Shown one piece after another: positions 25,001 through 35,527 of a stretch of 64,000 bases of DNA (positions are counted from its first letter, which is position 1; each line of letters starts with the position of its first letter). Location of the stretch: NCBI GenBank assembly GCA_036172245.1, contig JAYWIR010000013.1:434001-498000 (forward strand), written 5' to 3'. Under the pieces are notes generated by a model. It was not told where the DNA came from. It did not search any database and was given only the letters and a program-made list of their open reading frames with translations. A program made the translations under genes and the position numbers. Source of the DNA: Raillietiella orientalis. Lineage: Eukaryota.

Positions 25001-28000
25001 CAGACGCTCGTTCCCGGAGAAGGGGAGCCCCAATATTGGCAGGAATGGTGGACGTCGGTCGGTTCTGGGAGCAGTCGGAAGTTCTTCGGATCCTTTCGCG
25101 TTCTTTCCTCCTCCTCGGTTTCTCCTTGGAGTTGCTCGAGGATTCCCCTCCGGCAGATGCGCTCTCCCTAGGTACTCTTGCCCGAAAACAGGAAGTGAAA
25201 GAGAAGTTCGTGTTCTTCAAGAGAGGGAGGGGAAGGAAGGGCAGGAGGACGGTCACTGGGAGCCTCCAAACACGCCGGCTTTGTCTGGATTCTCCGCCCA
25301 AGCGGATGGCGCTCTCCTGAACGTCTCCTCCTCCGGATCGATCCCGGAACTCCTCCGCCATCATCGGGGGCGCTCTGTCGGGGACGCGAGAAGCGTGGAA
25401 GATAGGGAGAAACTGAGCGTTGTCAGGGAGAGCTCTCGGAAGGGGAGGGAAGGGGGGGGAGCGACCAACCGAGATGAAGGCTGCGGACAAGCAGCGAACT
25501 GCGGCATGTCCACCCCAAGGTCGAACCGGAAGGACCGCGGAGGACCAACGTGGACGAGGAAGGGTCCATCTGCGGACTGCCCTTCACCCTCGTGCGGGGG
25601 CCGACCTGAACCGAAGTGCTGCAGGCTGGTTCACCTCGCGGGTTCCGGCAGGGGAGGTCACCGGGCGAAGGACAGCGGGGGATTTTCGACAGCCCCTGTT
25701 GCCAAAGACTCCCGTGGGTGACCCACGGAGGCCCCTCGGGCCTCCAGGAGCTTTCGGAAATCTCCGAGAGGCTGCGCGGCGATCGCAGCCGACTGCGATC
25801 GCCTCGGAGGAGGAGGACGGCAACGAGGTGTCGGGATCGGCGGTGCTCCGGATGGAGACGTGGCACTCACTCCTCGGGTTCAGAGGAGAGCGCCCCGGGG
25901 TGGAGCTGCAGCGAGTGGCGCGCCTCGGGCGTCTTCAAGCCCGACGATGACCTGGAGCTGCCGAAGATCTACCCCCCATCGCTGGTGATGTGGTGGCTCC
26001 TCGGTCTCCCCCTATAAGTGGGAAACGGGGGCGACCAGCTCTGCGCTGGACGGCAACCTGACCGACGTGATCTTACATCCTAGAGGTTCGCCTACGACGC
26101 CCCCTTCCTGACCACATGGTTTACGTCCATCTGGACCGGCATGACTTTCCCCCTGTACACCATCGTGTACACCCTGTACTTCCGTGACAGGACCATGGTG
26201 CAGAGTCTCTTCCAGGACTCCATCCACCTGACCTTCGGGAAAGGAGTCACAGCGTGTAAGTTGACGCTCGGCGTCCACCTTGCGCTACCCAGCACCTCAC
26301 GACCCCTTCCCTTTCCTCTCGGCCTGCGCCCCTGATCCAGCCGGAAGGGCGAGGCGCCAGCTCCCCTTGAGGAGGCGACCGCAGCCGTCCGTTCCGATGT
26401 GTGCGCCGAGCGTTCGGGAAAAGGTCGCGCCGGAGAGGAAGAGGAGGACGCTGAGAGAGGAGGGAGCGTGCTCCCGCTGCAGCGCCTGCATGCCTTCCTC
26501 TCTGGGGGTCGCACTGTCCCTCGCCCGGGGAACTCGCCGCTTTCGTTCTCCTTGTGAGCCTCACCGGGACCCTCCGGCTGGGGCAGCTGAAGTCGACCGA
26601 GGAACTAGGAAAGGAGCCGGGGAGGGGGAGGAGAGAGGCGCACCCCCAGAGGATGGCCCGTTCTTTCGCAGGAGACTGGAAGAGGGACCTCTGAGAAGAA
26701 GGGAGGATGAAGGTCATCTACCTTCCCACAGGGCGAGCATCCGCGGACCTACGATGGAGGGGAGCGCGTGCGCTCCTTTCGATGGCGACGATGAGGGAGG
26801 CGAGGGGCGTTTCCACCCCCTCCTCCCCCTCCCTACCCTACTCCCTCGCGTGTTTGTCCCCCTACGCAACTCCGAAACAATCCACGAGCTTGGGCCGGGG
26901 TCCAGCCCCCTGCTCCCTTCAAGGACACCTTGACTCGGGAGGTGGCGCCTTCAAGAAGATCGCGCGGGGGGAGAGAGGGGGGAAGGAACAGACAAGGGGG
27001 GAGGGGAGAGAAGGGGAGGAAGGAAGAGAAGGTAAAGGAGGCAGGATCAGCTCTCGGGTGTCCCCTCGGATCGATCCGCCCCGAGCCCGGGCACGCGGCC
27101 TCCTAAAGAACCCACGGGAGCGGCAGCAATCCGGAGGACTCCTTGATAGGCCGCGTGCTCGTGCGGACCGCCACTTCCGCATCCCCCCGTCCCCGCCCCC
27201 TCCTCCCGGTACAGGGCGAGGCGATCGCGGTCGGCGGCGATCGCAATGCGGCCCCTCGGAAATCTCCGTAAGCATCCGGGCGCGAGCGCCCCTCGCGCGC
27301 AAGGAGCGGTTTTTCCCTGTTCCTCCTCCTCCTCCTCACCCCGTTCCGCCGCAGCGTGCGACACTCACCACCCCCTCCCCTCTTCTCTCTTCCAGTCAGG
27401 TTCGTCACCTACTGCCTGTTCTTCTGCTTGCTGTGGGTCGGCTCCAGCTACATGTCCATGAGGGCCCTGCGGGCACTCACGGCCACGGACGTCCTGTCCC
27501 TCTACGTGACCCAAGTCAAGTTCGTCTACCTGCTGTCGTGGGTCGTACTCCACGAGCACTTCGTGGGCATCCGGGTAGTGCCGGGACCTTTGATTTCTCC
27601 TCCCTCCTCCTCCTCCCCTTTCGTCTCCGCGTTTCTCCTCTTCTGCTTCTCGGAGGCGGCTTGCGCCCCGGGTCGCCGCCACCCGCTCCGGACGCCTCCT
27701 GACCGCGGAGAGGGGCGCCTCGAGAGGACAGCTGGAAGCGCGGCTCACGGGAAGCTGCGGAACTTCCGGGAGCAGCGAAGGTCCGCCAGGGTGCTCCGCC
27801 TCCGTCGACACTTCGTCGAGAGGCCACCGGAAGTCGCGTGAAGGAGCGCAGCGAGGCTCCTGTCCCCTCCCCTTCCCCTCCCTCCTTCCTCTCCCCGCCT
27901 ACCAGAGTTCAGGACGAGATCCGCTTCTTGCAGATTGTGGCGCTGATCATCTGCGACACGGGGGTGACGCTGCTCGCCTACATGAACGGGGTGGTCCAGA

Positions 28001-31000
28001 CGGAGACTCTCTTCGCCGTCGTCATGGGCGCCGCTTCCGCGGCTGGCAACGCCGTCCACAAGGTTGGTGTCCCGGCGACCCCAGTGGCGCCGATCCCGCG
28101 CTCGTGACGAGGAACGTCCTGGAGGAAGAGACGAGGGACAGGATGCAGCAGCTGCTGTCTCCGCGGCTCTGGGGCGGTCGCTCCTCCTCGCTCCGTTGCT
28201 GCTCTCCTTTCTTCCCAGGACGGCGCTCCTGGGAAGAAGTGGGGGCAGCGGAGAGAGGGGCTTCCCTTCGGAAGGACGAGTCGGCAAGGCCAGAGCGGAG
28301 ACTCTGGCAGCCCTTCTCGCGAACACTCCGCGCGTAGGCAGCCAGCGTTTCCGCCTCCGGGAAAAAAAGGAAAAAGAATACGAAGCGGCCTGAGTCGCCG
28401 ATCTTCAGACGAAGCTCCTGGCGTCCATGAATGGACGGATCGATCGCGGACGGTAGCTGGTCAGCAGCTTCACATCCCAGTAGTCTTTCTTTTCCGGAAC
28501 TTCAAAAGACGCAGCGTGCAGATTCTCCGCCGGCCAGCGTTCCATAGACGTCGTCCGGGAGAAGGACGCGCACGCGCCGCCATCTTTCGGTTCGGAGAAG
28601 CTCGCCCGAGCCCACGCTGTTGGATCGTGTGGCTGCACTTCTGCGCCCCACGGCCGCCAGGGGACTGGGCCTCAGGAGGCGAAGGACCTCACGAGGAATA
28701 TTTGGGACCGCGTTGGCGGCCGTGTGACGACGGCACCAAGCTTTCGAATCCACCTCCCCGAGGGAAGGGCCAATGGCGAGAATGGATGCGTAGTGGGTTT
28801 CGAGTCACCCCGCAAGATGACGCTAGGATGTCCCCATGCTTCGAGAGTGGCACTGGAATGACGCTTGAATTGGAGACCCGATGCCCTCGTTGACTGGCCC
28901 TCCGAGGTCCTTCCGAGAATCACTGAAGTTCGGGGATTTCTTTCGTAGCTTGCATCACGGATCCGATCCTCCCACCTCCTCCAAAAGCTCGCCAGACGAT
29001 CGGATGATCACGAGTTCTCTCGCCGAGCACCTTGGCCGCAGGCAAGGTCCTTCGTCACATGGTTCTCTGTAAATTGTCCTCCTATCCTGTTTCTCTTCGG
29101 GGAGTTACGGGAAGTTGCTGCCTTCAGGTACCGCGTCGCAGCGACTCTAAAGAGAAAGAGGCGGCAGCAGGAGATTCGGAGAGAGGAAATTCCTTGCTCG
29201 TGTCTGGACGGAAGGGGGAAGGGGGGGGGGGGACTTTTAAGAGCTGCGAAACCCACAGTTTCTTCGTAATGAGCGGAGAAGAGGCCTCTCAGCAATGCAA
29301 ATTTCTCGCACCTGTGCTGAAATCCATAGGACCAGCCAACTGAGCAAAGAGGGAGAGATTTCTTGCATTTTTTTTCAGGTGCTTCTAAAAAAAGTGCTTG
29401 GGTATGGAGCGTACAACCAGACGGCGACCATCTTCACTTTGATAAGTCTGTGCAGCACTCTGCTTCTGTGGCCAATCGTTCTGGTTCTGTACTTCACATC
29501 AGCGGAGACCATTCCCTGGAATAATCTACCGACCGTTCCCTTGCTCATTATAGGAGCGCTGACGCTAGGTAACGGCCGTTGTTGTTTCGGCGAAAGCATT
29601 TCTTTGACGCGCAAATGCCGAAATTCCTGTTTCAGCTTTCAATTTGGCGAATTACTTCGGAAGCATCGTCACCCACGACACCTTCATCTCTTTGGGGATG
29701 CTATTCAGCATCCCTCTTTCAGTAGGTAAGTCCGCTCACCTCTAGGAATTTTTGGCGGATTCCTAAGATGCACGTGGTGCTCTCTCGTTTCTTTCCCTTC
29801 CTTCAAATTGGAGGGTGCTGATCGAGCTGAAACGATTAATTTAGTATCTGAATTTTCAACTGGATTCCCTTGAAACCCTCCACTTTCTTCGCCAGCCACC
29901 CCCTCGATTCCGTTCCACATGCCTCTTGAGAGTGCCCTCTCCAATCGTAATCATGGGGGGCACTTGGTTGTGCTTTCCCCTTGTTGCAGTGGTACCACAA
30001 CCGTAACTGGCTTTCACGAAATGAAGTTGCCCCCGTGGGTCCCGCAAAGCGTTTTTGCATGCCTGATACTTGTACCTTTTCGAATAACTTGTAAGAAGGA
30101 TCTACAACGTTAGAATTCCATAGCAGTTGACCAATACCTGCTGGGTGAAACCCTGAGCAATCAAATGGAGCTATCGGGCCTCACGCTCATCGTTTGCGGA
30201 ACGGTGCTCGTACTGCTGCCAGACGACTGGACGGATTACGTCACCCTTTGCCTCAGGTAATGTGAATCTTGCAGCGTGTTCAGGTTACATAATACGAGAA
30301 GTGAATGGGCAGCACCGCTCTTTGCTGTGGAAGAGTCTCTTGGATTGAGAACAGCAAAATGCGGTCTGTACGAAGCACCCGTCTCCTCTTGCAAGATCCC
30401 TCCCTCTCGCACGCGAGAATCGATTCTTTAAAAAAACAGCCGGGATCGGATCGGATCGCTTTGATCCAGAGGGCAAAGAGAAAGAGATGAAAGGAGACTG
30501 CATGGAAGGAAGTTTGTCGGTCGGTGTCTCCCACCCGGGAGGGACGCTTCATTTCGGAAAAACAGAAAACGGTGCTCGGAGAAGCTGCTCCGCGTAAGCC
30601 TCGAGGCCCCCATAGCGTGATTTTTGTCTTTTGCTTTGCTTTGCCTTAACAGCATGTCGATCGACGTACTCGATTGTGACGAGGCTCGAAATTTTGGTAT
30701 GCTCATGCTGAAGCAGAACGCTCAAATACACTGCCCAGACAATCTTTCTGGAATAATGAGTTGTCATTCGAAAAAATCGCGGGACTCTCCTCGAAGAAAT
30801 GATCGGATTTGGTGGGCTTGCATGGAGAGCAATTCGGCCAAAGAGATTTGAATTAAGCAGAAAATAAGACGGAACTAATCGACTGCTCTCGATTTTTTTT
30901 TCCTTTCGATTGTTTTTTGTCGAATAAGAAAACCAAAAAAAATGAAATAAAACTAGCCTTGTTTCCGATCCGTATTTTTTGTTCTCCCTGCAATGTTAAT

Positions 31001-31169
31001 TGGCTTCCGAGAATGATTTCAAGACCTTTGCTTCCATAAATTGCACGAATCTTTATGCAAAGCAATCTGTTTGTCTCCGGCAAAAGCCCCATCATGTGGA
31101 AATGCTGCTATTCATAATGAGCTGCTATTCTTCTCTCTTTGCAGGTGCTTGATACTGAGAAAATCTTGA
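19029..31169 (+). CDS. SLC35F3: Solute carrier family 35 member F3/F4-like multi-pass membrane transporter (DMT superfamily), about 477 aa
   Basis: Phase-consistent exons: 19029-19284 (putative first exon, Ser-rich, least certain), 22600-22859, 26084-26255 (RFAYDAPFLTTWFTSIW...), 27396-27574 (...RALRALTATDVLSLYVTQVKFVYLLSWVVLHEHFVGIR), 27934-28062 (IVALIICDTGVTLLAYMNG...), 29379-29568 (...LLLWPIVLVLYFTSAETIPW), 29636-29725 (...FISLGMLFSIPLS), 30124-30256 (...LVLLPDDW), 31145-31169 (stop; moderately certain). FVYLLSWVVLHE.FVG.RIVA is characteristic of SLC35F3/F4; F3 and F4 cannot be distinguished in an invertebrate. Confidence 0.88.
20550..21050 (-). mobile_element. Degenerate Gypsy RNase H relic in SLC35F intron 1
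   Basis: RPVIPDGGRTGKRAGGML (cf. F.L.TDAS..G.GAVL) and SCARREFLALRRSF (cf. YS..ERE.LA...A). Confidence 0.35.
23500..23900 (-). mobile_element. Degenerate Gypsy integrase core relic in SLC35F intron 2
   Basis: NSWGTAIHALGISPCSPVGSHPLTTRMD (cf. S..W......LG.....S.AYHPQTDG). Confidence 0.3.
23941..23974. repeat. Perfect 34-bp palindrome
   Basis: cgcaccgttagcaactg|cagttgctaacggtgcg is an exact self reverse-complement with no spacer. Confidence 0.95.
24700..25950 (+). mobile_element. Degenerate LINE ORF2 relic (linker plus RT N-terminal motifs) in SLC35F intron 2
   Basis: AVRWWLGGC...RKKKAWNEM (cf. PWW...C...K...W..F), LLNVSSSGSIPEL (cf. LFN....G..P..W) and RGFRQGRS (cf. Q.GFR.GRST) in correct order across frames. 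Confidence 0.4.
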
Positions 31170-31598
31170 GTTGCGTCCGAAGTCTCCCACGAATAGGAAA
31201 GGCTGTTTCCGAGGGAAGCAACGTGTGTATAAGACAACCAATGTTACCACAAACTCATGCGGGAGCTCTCGAATGAAAGCCTGAAGTTTAGATGAAAACC
31301 CTTGCTGTCTGAAAACAACCCAAATTTCAAGAGTATCTATTTTTGTAAAACAATGAAGGCGTTTCAATGCCACAATTATAGTTTTGATAAGAACAACCTG
31401 TTCTAATCGTAGAAGCGGTGAACTGATAAAATACTGACGTGTTTTTCATCGATTCCAACAAAGATTAGGAATTTCCATAGAAACCAACAGATTCGTGGTC
31501 CAGAAAGGAGTAAAGGGAAGAGGGGAAAAGGTGGGAGGCATGACCGTGCTCTCCCGCTCCCTGAACTTCAATTCAGGAGACTGGGATATTCCTAAAAG

Positions 31599-31635
31599 AA
31601 TAAATTTTTCAAATAAATGTATTGTTTTTGTTTGA
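31599..31635 (+). terminator. Candidate polyadenylation signal of the SLC35F gene
   Basis: AATAAA at 31599-31604 and 31612-31617 followed by a GT/T-rich tract (tgtattgtttttgtttg), about 430 nt after the stop. Confidence 0.45.
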
Positions 31636-31899
31636 AACGAACGAGCGATATTGGGATGGTCGTTTGGATGAGATGTGGTGGTTTGTCATGCAGCGGAATG
31701 CAGCATCCGTTGGAACATCAACAGATTGTTTATCCTAAATCGAAAATCTCACAGTAAATTCTTGCTTGATAAACGGTTCTTTCACTCTCCCCATCGAGCC
31801 AATTGGGATGCAGAATCACCTTGGATGTTCCACTGCCTGATCAGCATGCATAAAGAAAGCTGCGGGGAGCTTGCTTTTCCTGGTCAACCCTTCCCTTTC

Positions 31900-33450
31900 A
31901 GATGATATGGCAGCTTCATCGTTCTTACGTGCCATAAGGAAGAACATTTCAAAGTAATTCTCCAGGAGCTGCTGCTGCCGCGCCTTCGGTTTCTCCTGCT
32001 TTCTTCGCACCCGCGTTTCAAGCGAAATTGCTAACGAGAAGGGAAACAAGCGGTCTAACCTCCAGCGTTGAGATTGTTTCAACGTGCCCTTTCGTCTGCC
32101 TCCTCTTCTTCATTGTATCGAAGAAGTTGGCAATAGGAACGAGGGAATAAAATCGACGTTTTCCTTCCCGACATCTTGATTTCTGGAAACAATGAGAACA
32201 AAATATGAAGCCTTGGAGAAGATTCGTAGTGGTCGATGGACAACAGAAGTCGTTTGCAAACTGTGTCTCAGCGTACCTATAGGTAGATGCCAACCGTCTG
32301 ATAGGTAAACGTGAAGACATGAAATAGTTGGAGATGCAGCACTAGATATCTGGTGCTGGTAACCCCATGTGCGATGTGGGAGGTGTTCCAGGCAAGATTC
32401 CTGGAACACCTCCCTCACGAGGAATGGCCAATTCCAGAGTAACAGTCAGAGGTAACGTGCCTTATTGAATTGGGTGACGAAGAAACTGCAACAGACTAGC
32501 AATACCTTATTAAAATGATGGTGGCATCATTCATCTTGCGTGCCCATACTTATAACAATAATGAGTACATAAAAAGCATTCTTGGTCTTACATACCATTC
32601 TACCACATTGAGTCCATTTGGGGTATCATTCGCATATTTAATTTATTATTTTGTCCAGTTGCACTAGGCGTACAATGTATGTGCAGTTGTTTTGCTATTG
32701 GCGTTCTCATCCATGGCTCGTGTGCAAATTTTGTAACACCCACGGAAGTATCACTGAACCCTAAGTCGAGTCCCATTTCTGATGGGCATCTTGCCTTTCG
32801 GGGTTTCGGGATTTGAGTTTGAGATGAGGAGTTCAAGCACACGCGAGGTCTAACTAAGGTTCTTTCGGCGAGAGCTGGGAAGAGTAACTGCGCACTTTTC
32901 CTTTGCCGATCTGCAAACTCTCCACCAGCTGGGGTACCACCAGAAAAGAGGAAGGGATGCGAAGTTTGTGCGATGAAGCATGGAGCGGGCGTTTGAGTCT
33001 CCAGGAAACATCGCTCTGCAATGGAGTGAGATACCAGGGATGACCGCGATCGGCAGATGAAGGGTATCGTGCTGTCTCTAAAAAAGAAAACAAGGCGTAC
33101 AAGCAGCAGGTCTATTTCGAAGAAATAGTAGGGGTATGAGAACGGGGGGAGGGGGGGAGTTTAAAGGCATCATCTTTTTCACCAGGTGTTTCCTAATAGA
33201 GACCTGGACCTCCTTAGGTGTAGTTTACGATTCGTTCATCTGCAGATGATCTGCTTTTTCCAGACTTGCCCACTTTAGTATCTGCGTGTTTGAATGTTGA
33301 TTGTGATACACTGTTCTTCTATGTGGGCCTTTTGAATGTTCCCTGTTGCTCTCGTGATGCATTTCTATGGCGATCGGTGAAGTAGTCAGTGTTGGTGTGT
33401 AGTGAGAACTCATGTGTTCGGCCCTCATCTACATAGGTACTCAGGGTCTG
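31900..33450 (-). mobile_element. Degenerate LINE reverse transcriptase relic between SLC35F and CAND1
   Basis: GHPWYL (cf. PWW), CKTKNAFYVL (cf. D..KAFD.V), EVFQESCLEHL (cf. GVPQGS.LGP.L) and VYLSDGWHL (cf. LYADD) in order. Confidence 0.45.
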
Positions 33451-35521
33451 CATCCATGCCGTTCTGGAAAAGAAGGATCCTAATAAGTCATCTTAAAAGT
33501 CATCCTTATCATCAATTTCCTGTGCCCAGGGGAAAAAAACACGCAAGAATTAGCAGGTAGTGTTGATAAAGCGATGGATGAGTATTCCGAGATGGTTGTG
33601 TTCTGTTCGTCTTGAAATTCAAAACACAAAGATTTTAGGAACTGATACGTTATAACCCGCATAAAAATAAATAAATAAAAATTTCTAGATAATTAATATC
33701 CTGAGGCAGACTTCAAGTAACTGCGTTACTGTTTTTGGAAAACATGAGAGCTCAATCACTTCTTCGTTTTTCAAATTTTTCCGAGGTTCCAACATAGATG
33801 TGTAGGGATGCATACCTATAAAATGTCCACAAATCACTTGAACGTTTTATAAATGGGAAAGGAAAAACACTGTTTCAAACTTCAGTCAATGAAATGTATA
33901 TTTTGGCTTTTCTTTTTTGTTCATCTTGTTTTTCTTTCTTGGAAAAAAAGAAAAAGAAAAAAAACCCCAAAGCAAGAAGCACAGCAGGGTAATTCATGAC
34001 ATATAGGTTATAATCGGACATCACAAGAAGAGTGCTAAAAGAAAGAAAGGTAATGACGCTGATAGATTTTTTGACGGCTTACTTTGTGGTAAGCCTTACA
34101 ACTCGATGAACCACGGTGGTGCAAACTTGGAACACGATTCCTTTCTGCTTTTGAAGGACCCAGTGGGACGTCATGGAAGAGGCTCCATTGGAGGCATGGA
34201 GCGTGGGGCAACGCAGCGAACAAAGCCTTCGGCGGAGAGCCTCAATTGGACCAGCCGGGAGTGCTCGAGAAAACCTGCAATCGAAGCCAACTGAATCTCG
34301 ACGAATCGAAATTACAGCCAACTACTTGGCTTTCTTCTTCTTCTTTTTTTGCTGTTGTTTCCTCTTTTGTGTCTCATCGTAGTGAATCTCTGGTGGAGTT
34401 TGGAGAAAGAAAGCGAATTCATCAGAGTTCATCATCACCAACAAGTTGGTTGCATTTTCTCATGCCAGCGAATGCACAGCGCGAAATTTAATTTTGTATT
34501 CGACAACGATATCCACCATATCCAAATGTGTTACACTTTGGCTTCGTATCACCACCTGGAACGAAATGGGCTCCCTTCATGCAGGGAACTCACCTCCCCA
34601 TCCACCCCCGTGGCCGCATGGCAAACTCCAGCGAAGGCGGATGGACAAAATATGTTCCCGCTGGGGATGAAAGTGATCTAGGAAGCGATGATTTCCTTGG
34701 GTGAAATTAGATCGTATTTGATTCGAAGGGATCAGAATTCACAAAAAATGCAATGGAAAACACTTTTGTTTTTTTTTTCCTTTCCCAAACCAGTTTGTAT
34801 ACCTTCCAGGTTATTTGATCTCCAGTCTCATGCCAGCTCATGAGTTTTGTTCTAAAACATTTCATCTCTTGCATTTGACGCTTATGGCTGTACTTTTTCG
34901 TGACTTTTTTTTTTTTTTTTCCATTCAGAAAACATGTGGATGTTCTGGCTTGGGTCGTGATGATCGGTTTCAGAAAATGACTCCTTTGCTGCTGGAGCGA
35001 TTCCGAGGCTCGACCCTGGCTGGATCCACGAACCGTTGCTCGACAGAAACCAGCCCATTCAAGCTACCACACCCCTGACATGCTACGTGCACGAAAAGCA
35101 CAAACATGACTTCCTCAATGAAAATTACAAACACCTGAATTCCTTTTTCAAGGCTAATTACATAACCACGCAGGGAAGCGTATCGAGAATGCAAACCTTA
35201 GGCCTTCCGACAAATTATGCACTTCCCCCGTAGCGCAATTACTTTCTTCAATGAAGTTGGTTCGGTAGTTTCATGGTTGGCAGAACAACCACACACACGC
35301 GTAATGGATTCGATCTGGAGATCTCGAAACGCACTTTGGAATTATCATATTCGGCCACGCATGCCGTCTATCCACGAAATAATCATCTCGTGATTCGTGG
35401 GGTCTCCTAGTTACGTCCTACGTCTCTGCTTCTGGGTGTACTTCATTTTCAATGTTGGGGTTATGTTCTAATTCGTGGAAATCTACATAATGAAGTATAA
35501 GCCTCACATAAATGCTTGTAT

Positions 35522-35527
35522 TTTATT
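35522..35527 (-). terminator. AATAAA polyadenylation signal overlapping the CAND1 stop codon
   Basis: Minus strand reads ...TTG AAT TAA TAAAATAC; AATAAA shares two A with the TAA stop. Confidence 0.45.

Noticed and set aside
24375..25721. 448-aa plus-strand ORF as a nested gene
   Set aside because: Gly/Arg/Ser/Pro-rich with no domain; it lies in very GC-rich intron sequence where stops are rare and overlaps frameshifted LINE motifs.
12000..29300. Dense overlapping 60-330 aa ORFs on both strands (also at 51-64 kb) as a bacterial or viral insert
   Set aside because: No consistent coding strand or recognisable proteins; expected from high GC. Spliced SLC35F exons run through the block and continue in phase into the lower-GC region, arguing against contamination or horizontal transfer.
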